From NCBI GenBank assembly GCA_043750125.1, contig JAYVCD010000334.1:1-37482 (forward strand): a stretch of DNA of 37,482 bases, written 5' to 3'. Under the pieces are notes generated by a model that saw only the letters and a program-made list of their open reading frames with translations, was not told the DNA's origin and searched no databases. This DNA comes from Archangiaceae bacterium (GTDB taxonomy: Bacteria > Myxococcota > Myxococcia > Myxococcales > Myxococcaceae). Below are positions 23,414 through 32,529 of the stretch, piece after piece (positions within the stretch are counted from its first letter, which is position 1; the number at the start of each line of letters is the position of its first letter). The position numbers and the translations under genes are program-made.

Positions 23414-26254
23414 TCAGTCGATCAGGTGGCTGGCGTAATCGGCGCGCCGACGATCATCGGCCAGCGCCCGCGCCGCCTCTTCGAGCACCGAGTAGACGAC
23501 CTGGGCCCGCTGTTGCAGCCCGGCGTCGGGGTGCCCTGAGTATTTGATCGGGTCGAACTCTTCGGACAGCCGCTGCCAGGCGCGCTGGACTTCATCGCCG
23601 CCGGCCGCGCGACCGACCCCCAGCATCGTGAAGTAGTCGGCGTCCTGCACCTGCTCGAACTTCGCCTCGAGCCGCTTCACATCGAGCTGGGGCGAGGGCG
23701 CGACGGTGGTGCGCAAGGGGACTTTGAGCTCGACCAGGCCGAGCAGCCGGGCGACCAGCAAAGCGCGGAACGCCACGTCGGCCTTGAGCCCGCTGGCGAG
23801 CGCGAGATCTTCGACGTTCGCCTCGCCGTCGCAGTAGCCGAGCATTCGGCGTTCCTTGTCGGAAAACCCGAGCGCGCGCAGATCGAGCTCACTGTCGGCG
23901 CGCGTCGGGACGGCTTCCGAACCGCCCAGGCGCGCCAGCAGCTCTTCGACCGGAAGTGCGCGACGCAAGGCTTCGGCGACCAGCGGAAGCGTCGGGCGGG
24001 GCAGCGTGGCGGCGAGCGTCTCGTTGCCGGGGCCCTCTTCGGCCAACCGGTACTCGCTGGTGGGCTCAGAGAAAGCATCGAGCGCGACCTGCTCGGTGTA
24101 GCGCTGCACCAGGGGAACGACTTCGGCCTCGCGCAGGAACCCGCGTTCTTTGAGGACGCTGACCGCCTCGGCAGGCGACGCGCTGCGCAGCATCTGCAGC
24201 TCGGCCGTCTGCCGGGCGTCGATCAAACCGTCGCGGCGCGCGCGGTCGAGCAACGATTCTCCCGAGAAGGTGGACTCGGCCGCCGTCACCGCGCCGCGGT
24301 TGAGCCAGACCGTGCGCCGGCCTCCCGGAGCGGCGAGCTCGAGCCGAATCTCGGCCCGCGCCAGCACCACCTGCCCGACCAGCCGCGCCAACTCGCCCAG
24401 GTCGGCGGTACCGAACTTCGTCACCGCCAGCGGAGCGCGGTGCGGGACCCGCAGCGGCAAGACCGAACGCTCTTCGAGCAAACGGGCCTTCCTTTCGGCC
24501 AGCTCTGCGCGGGTGCGGACCTCGAGGTTGGCGGCGCGCGCGTCCTCGAGCGCCTCTTCGAGATTCTGTTGCGCCTGTTTCGCGTCGGCAAAATCCGTAC
24601 GCAGCGCCTCGATCACCGTCTTCAGCTGGGCGAGCCCCTCTTCGGTTTCGACGCTGCGGACCCGCATCGTCTCGGTCTGGGCCTGAGCGTTCGCGGCGGC
24701 GTCCGCCTGCGCTTGCTGGCCTTCGAGCTGGAATTGCTGGGCGCGCTCTTCGGACTGTTCGGCCTCTTCGATCGCTTCTCGCAGCTCGCCGGCGGCCCGC
24801 TGGGCAGCGCTCGACAGCTCATCGCTTTGCGCATGCAGCGTGGCCAGCTGGGTCTCGAGCGCCGTCCGTTGAAGCTCGAGGATCATTCGATCGGCCCGTT
24901 CTCGCTCGAGTCGTTCCCCGGTGGCGGCGGCCTCTGCGCGCGCCGCCTGAAGCTGCGCCTCGAGCTCGGCGGACTGCGCGCCCGCATGGGCTTCCTGGGA
25001 GGCAAGCTCTGAGGCGGCGGCGGCGATGGACGCTTCGAGCTCGATGGTCCGCGCGCGCGCTTCGCGCAGGGCCTCTGCGGCGTTGGCGCGCGTCTGGGAC
25101 AACTGCAGCTCGAGCTCTGCGGCGACTTCCGAGTGCGCCTGCAGCTGTGCCTGGGCCTGGGTCACGTCGAGGTCCAGCGACGAGGCGGCGGCGGTCTGGC
25201 CCTGCAGCTGGGTCCGGGTCTCGGTGAGCTCGGCTTCGAGGCGCTCGACTTCACCCCAAAGCTGCCTCACTTCATTGTCGGAAGTGGTGCTTCGTTCGAG
25301 CAATTGCGCTTCGGCCCGTTCGCGCTCGACGCGTTCGCGGGTCGCCAGCGCCTCGGCCGCCTCGAGGGCGTACTGGGTCGATTCGCGCTCGAGCTGCTGC
25401 TCGATGTCCCGGGCGCTCGTTCGTTGCTGCAGCTCACTTTGAGCCGCGGCGGCTTCGTGGGCGATTTGCTCGGCGCGCGCGAGGGTCGCCTTGGCTCGCC
25501 GCGCGTCGGCCAGCAGTCGCGCCGCGACCTGGTCCTCGCGCTCTTGTTCCCGGTCGACCGGAAGGCGCGCCAGCGACGCGTCGACCGAGGCGATCGCTTC
25601 GGCTTCGACTTCCCGGGCGACCTGGGCCTCAAGATCTCCGAACAACGCGCTCTCGAGATTTGCAGGAAGCGGCTCGACCGCAGGCGGAGGGTTGGCATCG
25701 GGGGTGCTGAACAGCCCCGCCTGGCGTCCGGGTTGCTGAGGTTCGGGTTCCGGGTCCGGCAGCCGGACGATCTTGCTGCGGCCGGGCACCACGGGCTTTC
25801 GGGTCGCACGCCAGACGTCGGGCTCGAGGTCCAGCGCGCTGGGGACGTACGCGGGAAACTCACCGGTGCGGGTGCCGGGAGCGACGTGCACCTGCCAGTC
25901 GGTGGACGAGCCCGTCCCCTGCACCAGCTCATTGACCGTCTGGGCGAAGGACTCGGGGTCCAGGGGCAGCGGCGCGACCGGGTATCCAAACCCGGCGACC
26001 GTCTCACCCAGCAGCAGCACGTGCAGCAGCTGGGCATCGGGGTGACTGCGCAACTCTTCGAGCACGATTCGCCCGCGATCCGACTCGACCTTCGGAGAGA
26101 TGAGCACCAGCGGCGGCAGGTGATGGCCCCACGCAATCACCGCGTCGGCGGCGTTGGTGGCGAGCACCATTTCGTAACCTTCGCGCGCAAGCAGCCGCTT
26201 GACCTGGGCGATGGTGGCGAGGTCGTCGGCGACCAGAAGCAGCGGGGGGGGCAT
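23414..26254 (-). CDS. Atypical receiver domain + long coiled coil + DUF4388-like region + degenerate DnaJ-like domain (946 aa)
   Basis: LLLVADD...LVLIS receiver fold; E/Q/A/R-rich helical middle; C-terminal DYFTMLGV...EVQRAW...RRADY. Confidence 0.85.
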   Translation of the reverse strand: MPPPLLLVADDLATIAQVKRLLAREGYEMVLATNAADAVIAWGHHLPPLVLISPKVESDRGRIVLEELRSHPDAQLLHVLLLGETVAGFGYPVAPLPLDPESFAQTVNELVQGTGSSTDWQVHVAPGTRTGEFPAYVPSALDLEPDVWRATRKPVVPGRSKIVRLPDPEPEPQQPGRQAGLFSTPDANPPPAVEPLPANLESALFGDLEAQVAREVEAEAIASVDASLARLPVDREQEREDQVAARLLADARRAKATLARAEQIAHEAAAAQSELQQRTSARDIEQQLERESTQYALEAAEALATRERVERERAEAQLLERSTTSDNEVRQLWGEVERLEAELTETRTQLQGQTAAASSLDLDVTQAQAQLQAHSEVAAELELQLSQTRANAAEALREARARTIELEASIAAAASELASQEAHAGAQSAELEAQLQAARAEAAATGERLERERADRMILELQRTALETQLATLHAQSDELSSAAQRAAGELREAIEEAEQSEERAQQFQLEGQQAQADAAANAQAQTETMRVRSVETEEGLAQLKTVIEALRTDFADAKQAQQNLEEALEDARAANLEVRTRAELAERKARLLEERSVLPLRVPHRAPLAVTKFGTADLGELARLVGQVVLARAEIRLELAAPGGRRTVWLNRGAVTAAESTFSGESLLDRARRDGLIDARQTAELQMLRSASPAEAVSVLKERGFLREAEVVPLVQRYTEQVALDAFSEPTSEYRLAEEGPGNETLAATLPRPTLPLVAEALRRALPVEELLARLGGSEAVPTRADSELDLRALGFSDKERRMLGYCDGEANVEDLALASGLKADVAFRALLVARLLGLVELKVPLRTTVAPSPQLDVKRLEAKFEQVQDADYFTMLGVGRAAGGDEVQRAWQRLSEEFDPIKYSGHPDAGLQQRAQVVYSVLEEAARALADDRRRADYASHLID

Positions 26255-26285
26255 CTTCGGACAACATTCAGCTACAGCATTTGGC

Positions 26286-27091
26286 TCAGGTCCACATTGA
26301 GGATGCCGATTGCGTCAGGGTCCCCGGAAGGAAGAGCGCCACATCGCCCTCTTCGTGCTCGACCAGCTGGGCCTTCTTCGCCTCCAGGCTGGACCGGGCG
26401 AGGGTTCGCGAATCGACCAGGGCCCGCAGCAGCCGGCAGTGGGATTCCTTGGGCGAATGGATTCCGGTCACCAGCCCATGGGTCACGCGCAAGGCGTGGC
26501 GTTCTTCGATCACCAGGGAAGCGACGCCCGGGCCCGACGGGACCTGGCCCGTTTCGAGCGCCGCGCTCTCGAGGGCGCGCATCACGCTCGTCCCCACCGC
26601 CACCACCCGGCGGCCTTCGCGCACCGCACCATTGACCGCCGCCGCAGTCGAGGCGGGAATTTCGTAGCGCTCGGCCCAGGGAAGGCTCGAGTCGAGCTTT
26701 TGATCTCCGGTCGAGCTGAGCCCGGTCGCGTGGGTCAGGGCCTCGACCTGCACCGAGCGGCGGCGCAGTGCAAGCAGCAGGTCCCAGGAAAAAGGCCGGC
26801 CGGCCGAAGGGGTCTCGGCCGCCCACGGCCGAGAGGAATACACGTTCTGAAACGCCCAGAGGGGGTCGAGCTGGGTCCGGTAGGCATACTGAATCGGGCT
26901 TCCCTGGTCGTAGACGTGTTCCCAGACCCGGGCAGGCGGGGCGTCGAAGGCCAGAGTCACCGGCGAGGGGACAACGGCGAGACGGACGTAACCCCGGCGC
27001 CGAAGATCACCGCCTACCCACTCGAACCTTCGACGTCGAACAACCGCAGCTCGAGCGGCTGGCCCTGCGCGTCGCGGGCCGAAAGAGACGT
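26286..27091 (-). pseudogene. QueA-like (SAM:tRNA ribosyltransferase-isomerase family) pseudogene
   Basis: PIQYAY, ETPSAG, HATGLSS, VVAVGTSVMRALE and HEEGD are present. The 5' part is in another frame with an internal TAG (27014-27016), and the N-terminus is missing. Confidence 0.8.
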
Positions 27092-27441
27092 CCCAGGCCC
27101 AGATTTCCCGGCTGGCCGGCATTCCCCGTGCGACGTGGACCCACCTCGAGTCCGGCTCGGCGAACCCCACCCTGTCGGGGCTGATCAAGGTCGCCAACGC
27201 GCTGCAGGTGTTCTTTGCGCCGGGCGCGCGGATGACCGGCGTTCCGCACACCGAGGGAACGCGCGAGTACCTGACCTGCGAGCGGGGGCAGGTCGAGCTG
27301 GTGGTGGCGGGCGAGCGGTGGCTCCTGGAAGCCGGAGACGTGGTGGTCTTCCGCGGCAATCAAAAGCACCAGTACTTCAACCCCGGCCGCCTCGAAGCGG
27401 TCGCGTACAGCGTGCTGGCGTTTGCGCCGGTCGCCAGCTGA
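27088..27441 (+). pseudogene. XRE-HTH/cupin regulator remnant
   Basis: SQAQISRLAGIPRATWTHLESGSANPTL...VANALQV runs directly into a cupin (GVPHTEGTREYL...GDVVVFRGNQKHQYFN); no start codon or first helix. Confidence 0.75.
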
Positions 27442-27444
27442 CGG

Positions 27445-29691
27445 CTACAGCATCGCTCCGGGGTCTACGTCGAGCACCACCTTGACCGACTGCGGAAGCT
27501 GGGGCAGCAACGCCTCGGCCGCGTCCAGAGGGGCGGTCAGCGACGCGTGGGTCGGGCCCTTGAGCACGATCTGCCAACGGGTCTTGCCCTTGATTCGGGC
27601 CAGCGGCGCCGGAGCCGGACCCAGCAGGCGGACCCCGACCGACGCCGGGGGAAGCGCCTGGGCCATCGCCTGCCCCAGCCGCCGGGCGGTGCTCGCCGTC
27701 ACCGTCGGGTCTTCGCCCTCGAGGCGCACCATTGCCATTCGGGTGTACGGCGGCCAGCCGAGCACCTTGCGCCTTCGCAGCTCGTTCTGGGCAAAGCCTT
27801 CGAAGTCGCTGTGGAGCATCCGCGCCACCGCTTCGGATTCCGGGTGGTACGACTGAACGAGCACCCGGCCGGGGTCTTTGCCTCGGCCCGCGCGGCCGGC
27901 GACCTGGGTCAGCAGGTGAAAGGTGCGCTCGGCGGCGCGAAAGTCCGGCAGGGCCAGCGACGAATCGGCGAGCACCACGCAGACCAGGGTGACGCCGGGA
28001 AAGTCATGCCCCTTGGCCACCATTTGCGTCCCGACGAGGACGTCGATCTCGCGGCGCGCGAACGAGGCGAGCAGCTCGGTGAGCCGTTCGTTGTTGCTGG
28101 CGGCGTCGCGGTCCAGCCGGGCGACGCGCGCTCCGGGAAAGCTCGAGGCGACCTCGGCCTCGACCCGCTCGGTGCCGATTCCCAGCTGCAGCAGCGGGCC
28201 ACTGCACTTCGGGCACGCCGAGGGAAGAAACTGCTGCCGGTTGCAGTAGTGGCACAGCAACCGCCGCGAGCTCAGATGGTGGGTCAGACAGACATCGCAG
28301 TCCTGGCACTTGAGGCTTTCCCCGCAGACTTCGCAGAGAACGAAGGTGCTGTGGCCGCGGCGATTGAGGAACAAGATCACCTGCTGGCCCTTCGCCAGCG
28401 TCTGCCCGATCGCCTCTTGAAGCGCGGCGGAAAGCACCGGCGGCTCTTGATCATGCTGCCGTGGGCGAGCCACCCGCAGGTCCACCAGGGCGATGGTGGG
28501 CATCGGTCGGTCATCGACCCGACGTTCGAGCGAGACGGTCTGGTACCGACCGCGGCGCACGTTTTCGAGCGTCTCGAGCGAAGGCGTCGCGCTGCCGAGC
28601 ACGATCAGCGACCGGGTCTTCTGGGCCCGAACGACGGCGAGATCGCGGGCCTGGTACTTGAGCTTCTCGTCCTGCTTGAAGCTCGGGTCGTGCTCTTCAT
28701 CGACGACCACGATCCCGAGGTTTGCGACCGGAGCCCAGATCGCGCTGCGCACTCCAATCGCGATCTTCACCGTGCCTTTGCGCAACAGCTGCCAATCGCG
28801 AAGTCGCTCGCGATCTTTGAGCGCCGAGTGGAGCACCGCGATTTGTGGACCAAAGCGGCTCTTGAACCGACCGACCAGCTGGGGAGTCAGCGCGATCTCG
28901 GGTACCAGAATCAACGCCCCCTTTCCCAGCTCGAGCGCGCGCTCGACCAGCCGCAAGTACACCTCGGTCTTTCCGCTGCCCGTCACCCCATGCAGCAAGA
29001 AGGTCGCAAAGCCGCCCAGCTCGAGCGCGGTGGTCAGGGTGGTCACCGCGGTCAACTGCTCGGGGGTGAGCTTTTCGGGCCGGCCCTGCTCGAGCCCGGC
29101 GCGGACTCCGTGGACGACTTCGTGCGAGTCGAGGGTGACCAGGCCTTTTTGGGCCAGCAGCTTCAATGTGGCCTTCGCTCCGGGAATGGCGTGCGCCACT
29201 TCTTCCACCAGCGCGCGGCCTCCGACGGCCAGCAGGTACGAGAGCGCGGCGTGCTGCGCCGGCGCGCGCGCCAGCAGGCCCAGGTCCGCACCGGGGACTG
29301 CCTGGGCCCACCAGATGAAATCGGGCGCGGCTTCTTTTCGATCGTCGTTCTTCGACAGCCCTGGAGGCATCGCTCCCCGCATCGCTTCGCCCAACGGGTA
29401 GCGGTAGTGCGACGAGGCGAAGCGCAGCAGCTCGACCAGTTCCGGGGTCAGTGCGGCGCTGTCTTCCAAAGGGCGTTCGATCGACTTGAGCCGCTTGACG
29501 ACCTCGGGGCCCGGCTCGCCCGCCGGCGCGAGGAAGAAGCCGAGAATCGATTGTCGACCGAAAGGAATTCGCACCCGCTGGCCCGGCTGCAGGGTCCCGC
29601 GCAGGGCCTCGGGCACCCGGTAGGTAAATTCGCCGCGCACCGGCCGGCCGACCGCGACCCACGCCCAGGGGCTGTCGAGGGGAACGGACAC
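27445..29691 (-). CDS. priA: Primosomal protein N'
   Basis: HGVTGSGKTEVY, DEEH, SATPS, four CxxC pairs, GTQMVAKG, QVAGRAGR and C-terminal DVDP. Confidence 0.97.
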   Translation of the reverse strand: MSVPLDSPWAWVAVGRPVRGEFTYRVPEALRGTLQPGQRVRIPFGRQSILGFFLAPAGEPGPEVVKRLKSIERPLEDSAALTPELVELLRFASSHYRYPLGEAMRGAMPPGLSKNDDRKEAAPDFIWWAQAVPGADLGLLARAPAQHAALSYLLAVGGRALVEEVAHAIPGAKATLKLLAQKGLVTLDSHEVVHGVRAGLEQGRPEKLTPEQLTAVTTLTTALELGGFATFLLHGVTGSGKTEVYLRLVERALELGKGALILVPEIALTPQLVGRFKSRFGPQIAVLHSALKDRERLRDWQLLRKGTVKIAIGVRSAIWAPVANLGIVVVDEEHDPSFKQDEKLKYQARDLAVVRAQKTRSLIVLGSATPSLETLENVRRGRYQTVSLERRVDDRPMPTIALVDLRVARPRQHDQEPPVLSAALQEAIGQTLAKGQQVILFLNRRGHSTFVLCEVCGESLKCQDCDVCLTHHLSSRRLLCHYCNRQQFLPSACPKCSGPLLQLGIGTERVEAEVASSFPGARVARLDRDAASNNERLTELLASFARREIDVLVGTQMVAKGHDFPGVTLVCVVLADSSLALPDFRAAERTFHLLTQVAGRAGRGKDPGRVLVQSYHPESEAVARMLHSDFEGFAQNELRRRKVLGWPPYTRMAMVRLEGEDPTVTASTARRLGQAMAQALPPASVGVRLLGPAPAPLARIKGKTRWQIVLKGPTHASLTAPLDAAEALLPQLPQSVKVVLDVDPGAML

Positions 29692-30318
29692 CTAGCTCCG
29701 GCTGCCCGGCGCGCGCGTGATGTCCAGCCCCTGCCCCGCTCGCAGCTGCACTTGACTTGCGCCGCTCAGCTCGGGAACGAGGGTGACTCCGAAGTGGGGG
29801 CGCAAAGTGTGGGGGTGAGGGGCCACCGCGCACCGGATCCCGCCCACTTCAAGTGCGGCCCACGACTCTTCTTCGAAGGGGTCGGTGCCCTCGAGCACCA
29901 GGTGGGGTCCAAACAGCTCGAGGGTCACGCTCTTCGGCAGCTGCTGGTTCAACGCAGCCAGCGAGGAGGTGGTGGTCGCGAGCAACCGGCCGCTGGGCTG
30001 ATGGTCTTCGAGGTGAACGCAGCGCACCGGGTGGACGAGCAGGCGGGTGAACCAGGCACTGGCGTCGGCGAGGGCGGTGGCGTCGAGCACGCACCTTTCC
30101 ATCCGTGCGGCGCTCACCCACAGCGCGGGTCCTTTTGATTCGGCCGAGACCCGACTCAAGGTCCGCACGGCTTCTTCGGCCAGCGGGGCGCCGTCTTCGC
30201 AGACCACCTTGAAGCGGCGGTCTCCGGTCAGGCCCCGGGCCGACACGCTGCAGCTCTTGACGCGCACCCCACGGCAGCCTTCGACCGGATAAACGAGGAT
30301 CGCCGCGATGCGAGGCAT
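29692..30318 (-). CDS. Degenerate MOSC-domain protein
   Basis: VYPVEGCRG, GLTGDRRF, SLAALN and PFEEESW; RFRPN and CxRC motifs are missing. Confidence 0.65.
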   Translation of the reverse strand: MPRIAAILVYPVEGCRGVRVKSCSVSARGLTGDRRFKVVCEDGAPLAEEAVRTLSRVSAESKGPALWVSAARMERCVLDATALADASAWFTRLLVHPVRCVHLEDHQPSGRLLATTTSSLAALNQQLPKSVTLELFGPHLVLEGTDPFEEESWAALEVGGIRCAVAPHPHTLRPHFGVTLVPELSGASQVQLRAGQGLDITRAPGSRS

Positions 30319-30407
30319 GCGCTTCGGCTCTAGCACGCGATTGTCTCGTTGAGCGCCCCGGTGACCGACTAGCGTCAGCGAGCAGAAACATCTGGCCGAG
30401 GTGCTCT

Positions 30408-31484
30408 TTGGATCGCGAAGCGATGAACCGGTTGCTGACCCTGGGCGCGCAAAATGGCGCGTCTGACATTCACTTTCGCCCCGGAGATCCCCCCAGCTAC
30501 CGGGTCAACGGCCAGCTGCGCACTTTGAAAGGCGAGAAGCTGACCGCTGACGACACCCGAAAGATTTCACTCACGCTGATCACCGACCCCGAGCTGCAAA
30601 AAGAAATCGACCGGCTGCAGGAATTCGACGGCTCGTATTCCGTGCCGGGCATCTCGCGGTTCCGGGCCAACGTCTACCGACAGCGCGGTTCGCTGTCGGT
30701 GATCATGCGAATCATTCCCAGTGAGATTCCGACCATCGATTCGCTGGGGCTGCCCCAGGTGCTCAAGAAGATCGCCAGCTCAGAACGCGGCCTGGTGTTG
30801 GTCACCGGAGCGACCGGTTCGGGCAAGTCGTCTACCCTCGCCGCGATGATCGACCACATCAACCGCAACGAGGCGCTGCACATCTTGTCGATCGAAGACC
30901 CGATCGAGTTCCTCCACAAGAACATCAAGTCGTCGATCTCTCAGCGGGAAATCGGCACCGACACCGCCAGCTTCAGCATCGCGTTGCGCGCCGCGCTTCG
31001 ACAGGACCCCGACGTGATTCTCGTCGGCGAGATGCGCGACACCGAGACCATCGACATCGCGCTCAAAGCCGCCGAGACCGGACATCTGGTCTTCAGCACC
31101 GTCCACACCACCGACGCGGCGAAGACCATCAGTCGGCTGGTCTCGGTCTTCCCGTCCGAAGAGCAGACGATGGTTCGGATCCGCTTGGCCGATTCACTGA
31201 TGGCTTCTGTCTCTCAGCGGCTGTTGCCGAAGGCCGACGGCAAGGGGCGCGTCGTGGCGCTGGAAATCATGATTCAGACCCAGACCATTCGGGAATACAT
31301 CCGGGCGGCGGACAAGACGATTGGACTCAAGGACGTGATTGAGAAGGGCCGGTCGAATTACGGAATGCAGTCGTTCGATCAGCACCTGAGCGAGCTCTAC
31401 AAGTCAGGGGTGATCGGGCTCGAGATCGCGAAATCCAGCGCCAGCAATCCAGCCGACTTCGAGCGCGCGCTGAACTTTGAATAG
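30408..31484 (+). CDS. pilT: PilT/PilU-family type IV pilus retraction ATPase paralog
   Basis: ASDIH, GATGSGKS, EDPIE, LRQDPDVILVGEMRD, AAETGHLVFSTVHT and GMQSFD; GAGG RBS before TTG. Confidence 0.92.
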   Translation: MDREAMNRLLTLGAQNGASDIHFRPGDPPSYRVNGQLRTLKGEKLTADDTRKISLTLITDPELQKEIDRLQEFDGSYSVPGISRFRANVYRQRGSLSVIMRIIPSEIPTIDSLGLPQVLKKIASSERGLVLVTGATGSGKSSTLAAMIDHINRNEALHILSIEDPIEFLHKNIKSSISQREIGTDTASFSIALRAALRQDPDVILVGEMRDTETIDIALKAAETGHLVFSTVHTTDAAKTISRLVSVFPSEEQTMVRIRLADSLMASVSQRLLPKADGKGRVVALEIMIQTQTIREYIRAADKTIGLKDVIEKGRSNYGMQSFDQHLSELYKSGVIGLEIAKSSASNPADFERALNFE

Positions 31485-31509
31485 CCCACGTTAAGGTGAT
31501 CGCGTTTCC

Positions 31510-32520
31510 ATGGCCCTGAAGCTCACCTACCTCGACCGGTCGCGACTGTGGGCCGACGTGCTGAACGTCGAAGGCGATCGGGTGTTCGTCGCCACCGGGG
31601 AGCAGCCCCGGGTGGGGGACATCGTCTCGATCGTCGTCAACGCCCCCGAGCTGACTTCCCCCCTGGATCTGACGGCGATCGTGCAGGGCCTGCGACCCGC
31701 GGCAGGAACGTTTCCCGCGGGGGTGTTCGTTCACATCGACGCGCCCTCGCTCGACCGCTGCCGCAGTGCCGTCGGGACGCCGCGCGACGCGGCCGTTCGG
31801 ATCGCGGGCCGCAAAGAGCTGCGGGTCGATTGCGCGCTCTCGGTGAGAATTCTGAGCCCCCGCGCCAACGGCGAGTGCCTGGTGAAGAGCCTCTCGCCGA
31901 CGGGGTTCACGCTCAAGGGTCCGGTGGCGCTCGCGGACGAGATGAACGTCAGCGTGATGATGACCCTGCCCGACGGGTTCGAGGCAGCGGTGTCAGGCCA
32001 GGTCATCTGGGTCCGACCGGAGCTGCAGTTGGCGGGGTTGAAGGTGACCCAGGTCAGCCCGTCGGTGGAAGCCCGCATTGGCGCGACGGTCAAGGCGTTG
32101 GCGATCAGTCCCCAGCCGGCGACGGGGATCACGATTGTGGTTGCTGACGATGACCCTTCGATTCTCGACTTTGCCTTTCGGGCGATCTCGAAAATCGGTC
32201 ACCGGGTATTGCGCGCCGAGCGAGGAGACACCGCGCTGGCGCTGATCCGCCAGGAACGCCCCCGCCTGGTGATGCTCGACGTCTTGATGCCGGGGCTCGA
32301 TGGCCTCGAGGTGTGCAAGGCGATGCGCTCGGACGAACACTTGAACCTCATTCCGGTGGTGCTGCTGTCGGCGATGGGAGAAGAGCGGCTCAAAGAGGCG
32401 GCGCAAGAGGCGGGCGCCAACGACTTCCTCACCAAGCCGATGCACCTCGACGCGCTGCGCACCCTGGTCGCGAAATATGTCGACTCGCCTCGTTCCGTAC
32501 CCCGGCCCGGCTCGAGCTGA
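31510..32520 (+). CDS. Response regulator with PilZ-like domain(s) and a C-terminal receiver
   Basis: RKELR plus GQVIWVR (PilZ-like); REC motifs VADDD, MLDVLMP, LSA and FLTKP. Confidence 0.88.
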   Translation: MALKLTYLDRSRLWADVLNVEGDRVFVATGEQPRVGDIVSIVVNAPELTSPLDLTAIVQGLRPAAGTFPAGVFVHIDAPSLDRCRSAVGTPRDAAVRIAGRKELRVDCALSVRILSPRANGECLVKSLSPTGFTLKGPVALADEMNVSVMMTLPDGFEAAVSGQVIWVRPELQLAGLKVTQVSPSVEARIGATVKALAISPQPATGITIVVADDDPSILDFAFRAISKIGHRVLRAERGDTALALIRQERPRLVMLDVLMPGLDGLEVCKAMRSDEHLNLIPVVLLSAMGEERLKEAAQEAGANDFLTKPMHLDALRTLVAKYVDSPRSVPRPGSS

Positions 32521-32529
32521 AGCGGGCGT

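Noticed and set aside
26286..27359. Intact 357-aa QueA
   Set aside because: The N-terminal ~125 residues are antisense XRE sequence and off-frame remnant.
27547..30138. 863-aa plus-strand ORF and similar long antisense ORFs (3215-4495, 5409-7109, 25133-26635, 34073-35227)
   Set aside because: Stop-poor shadows of high-GC coding genes with no recognisable motifs.
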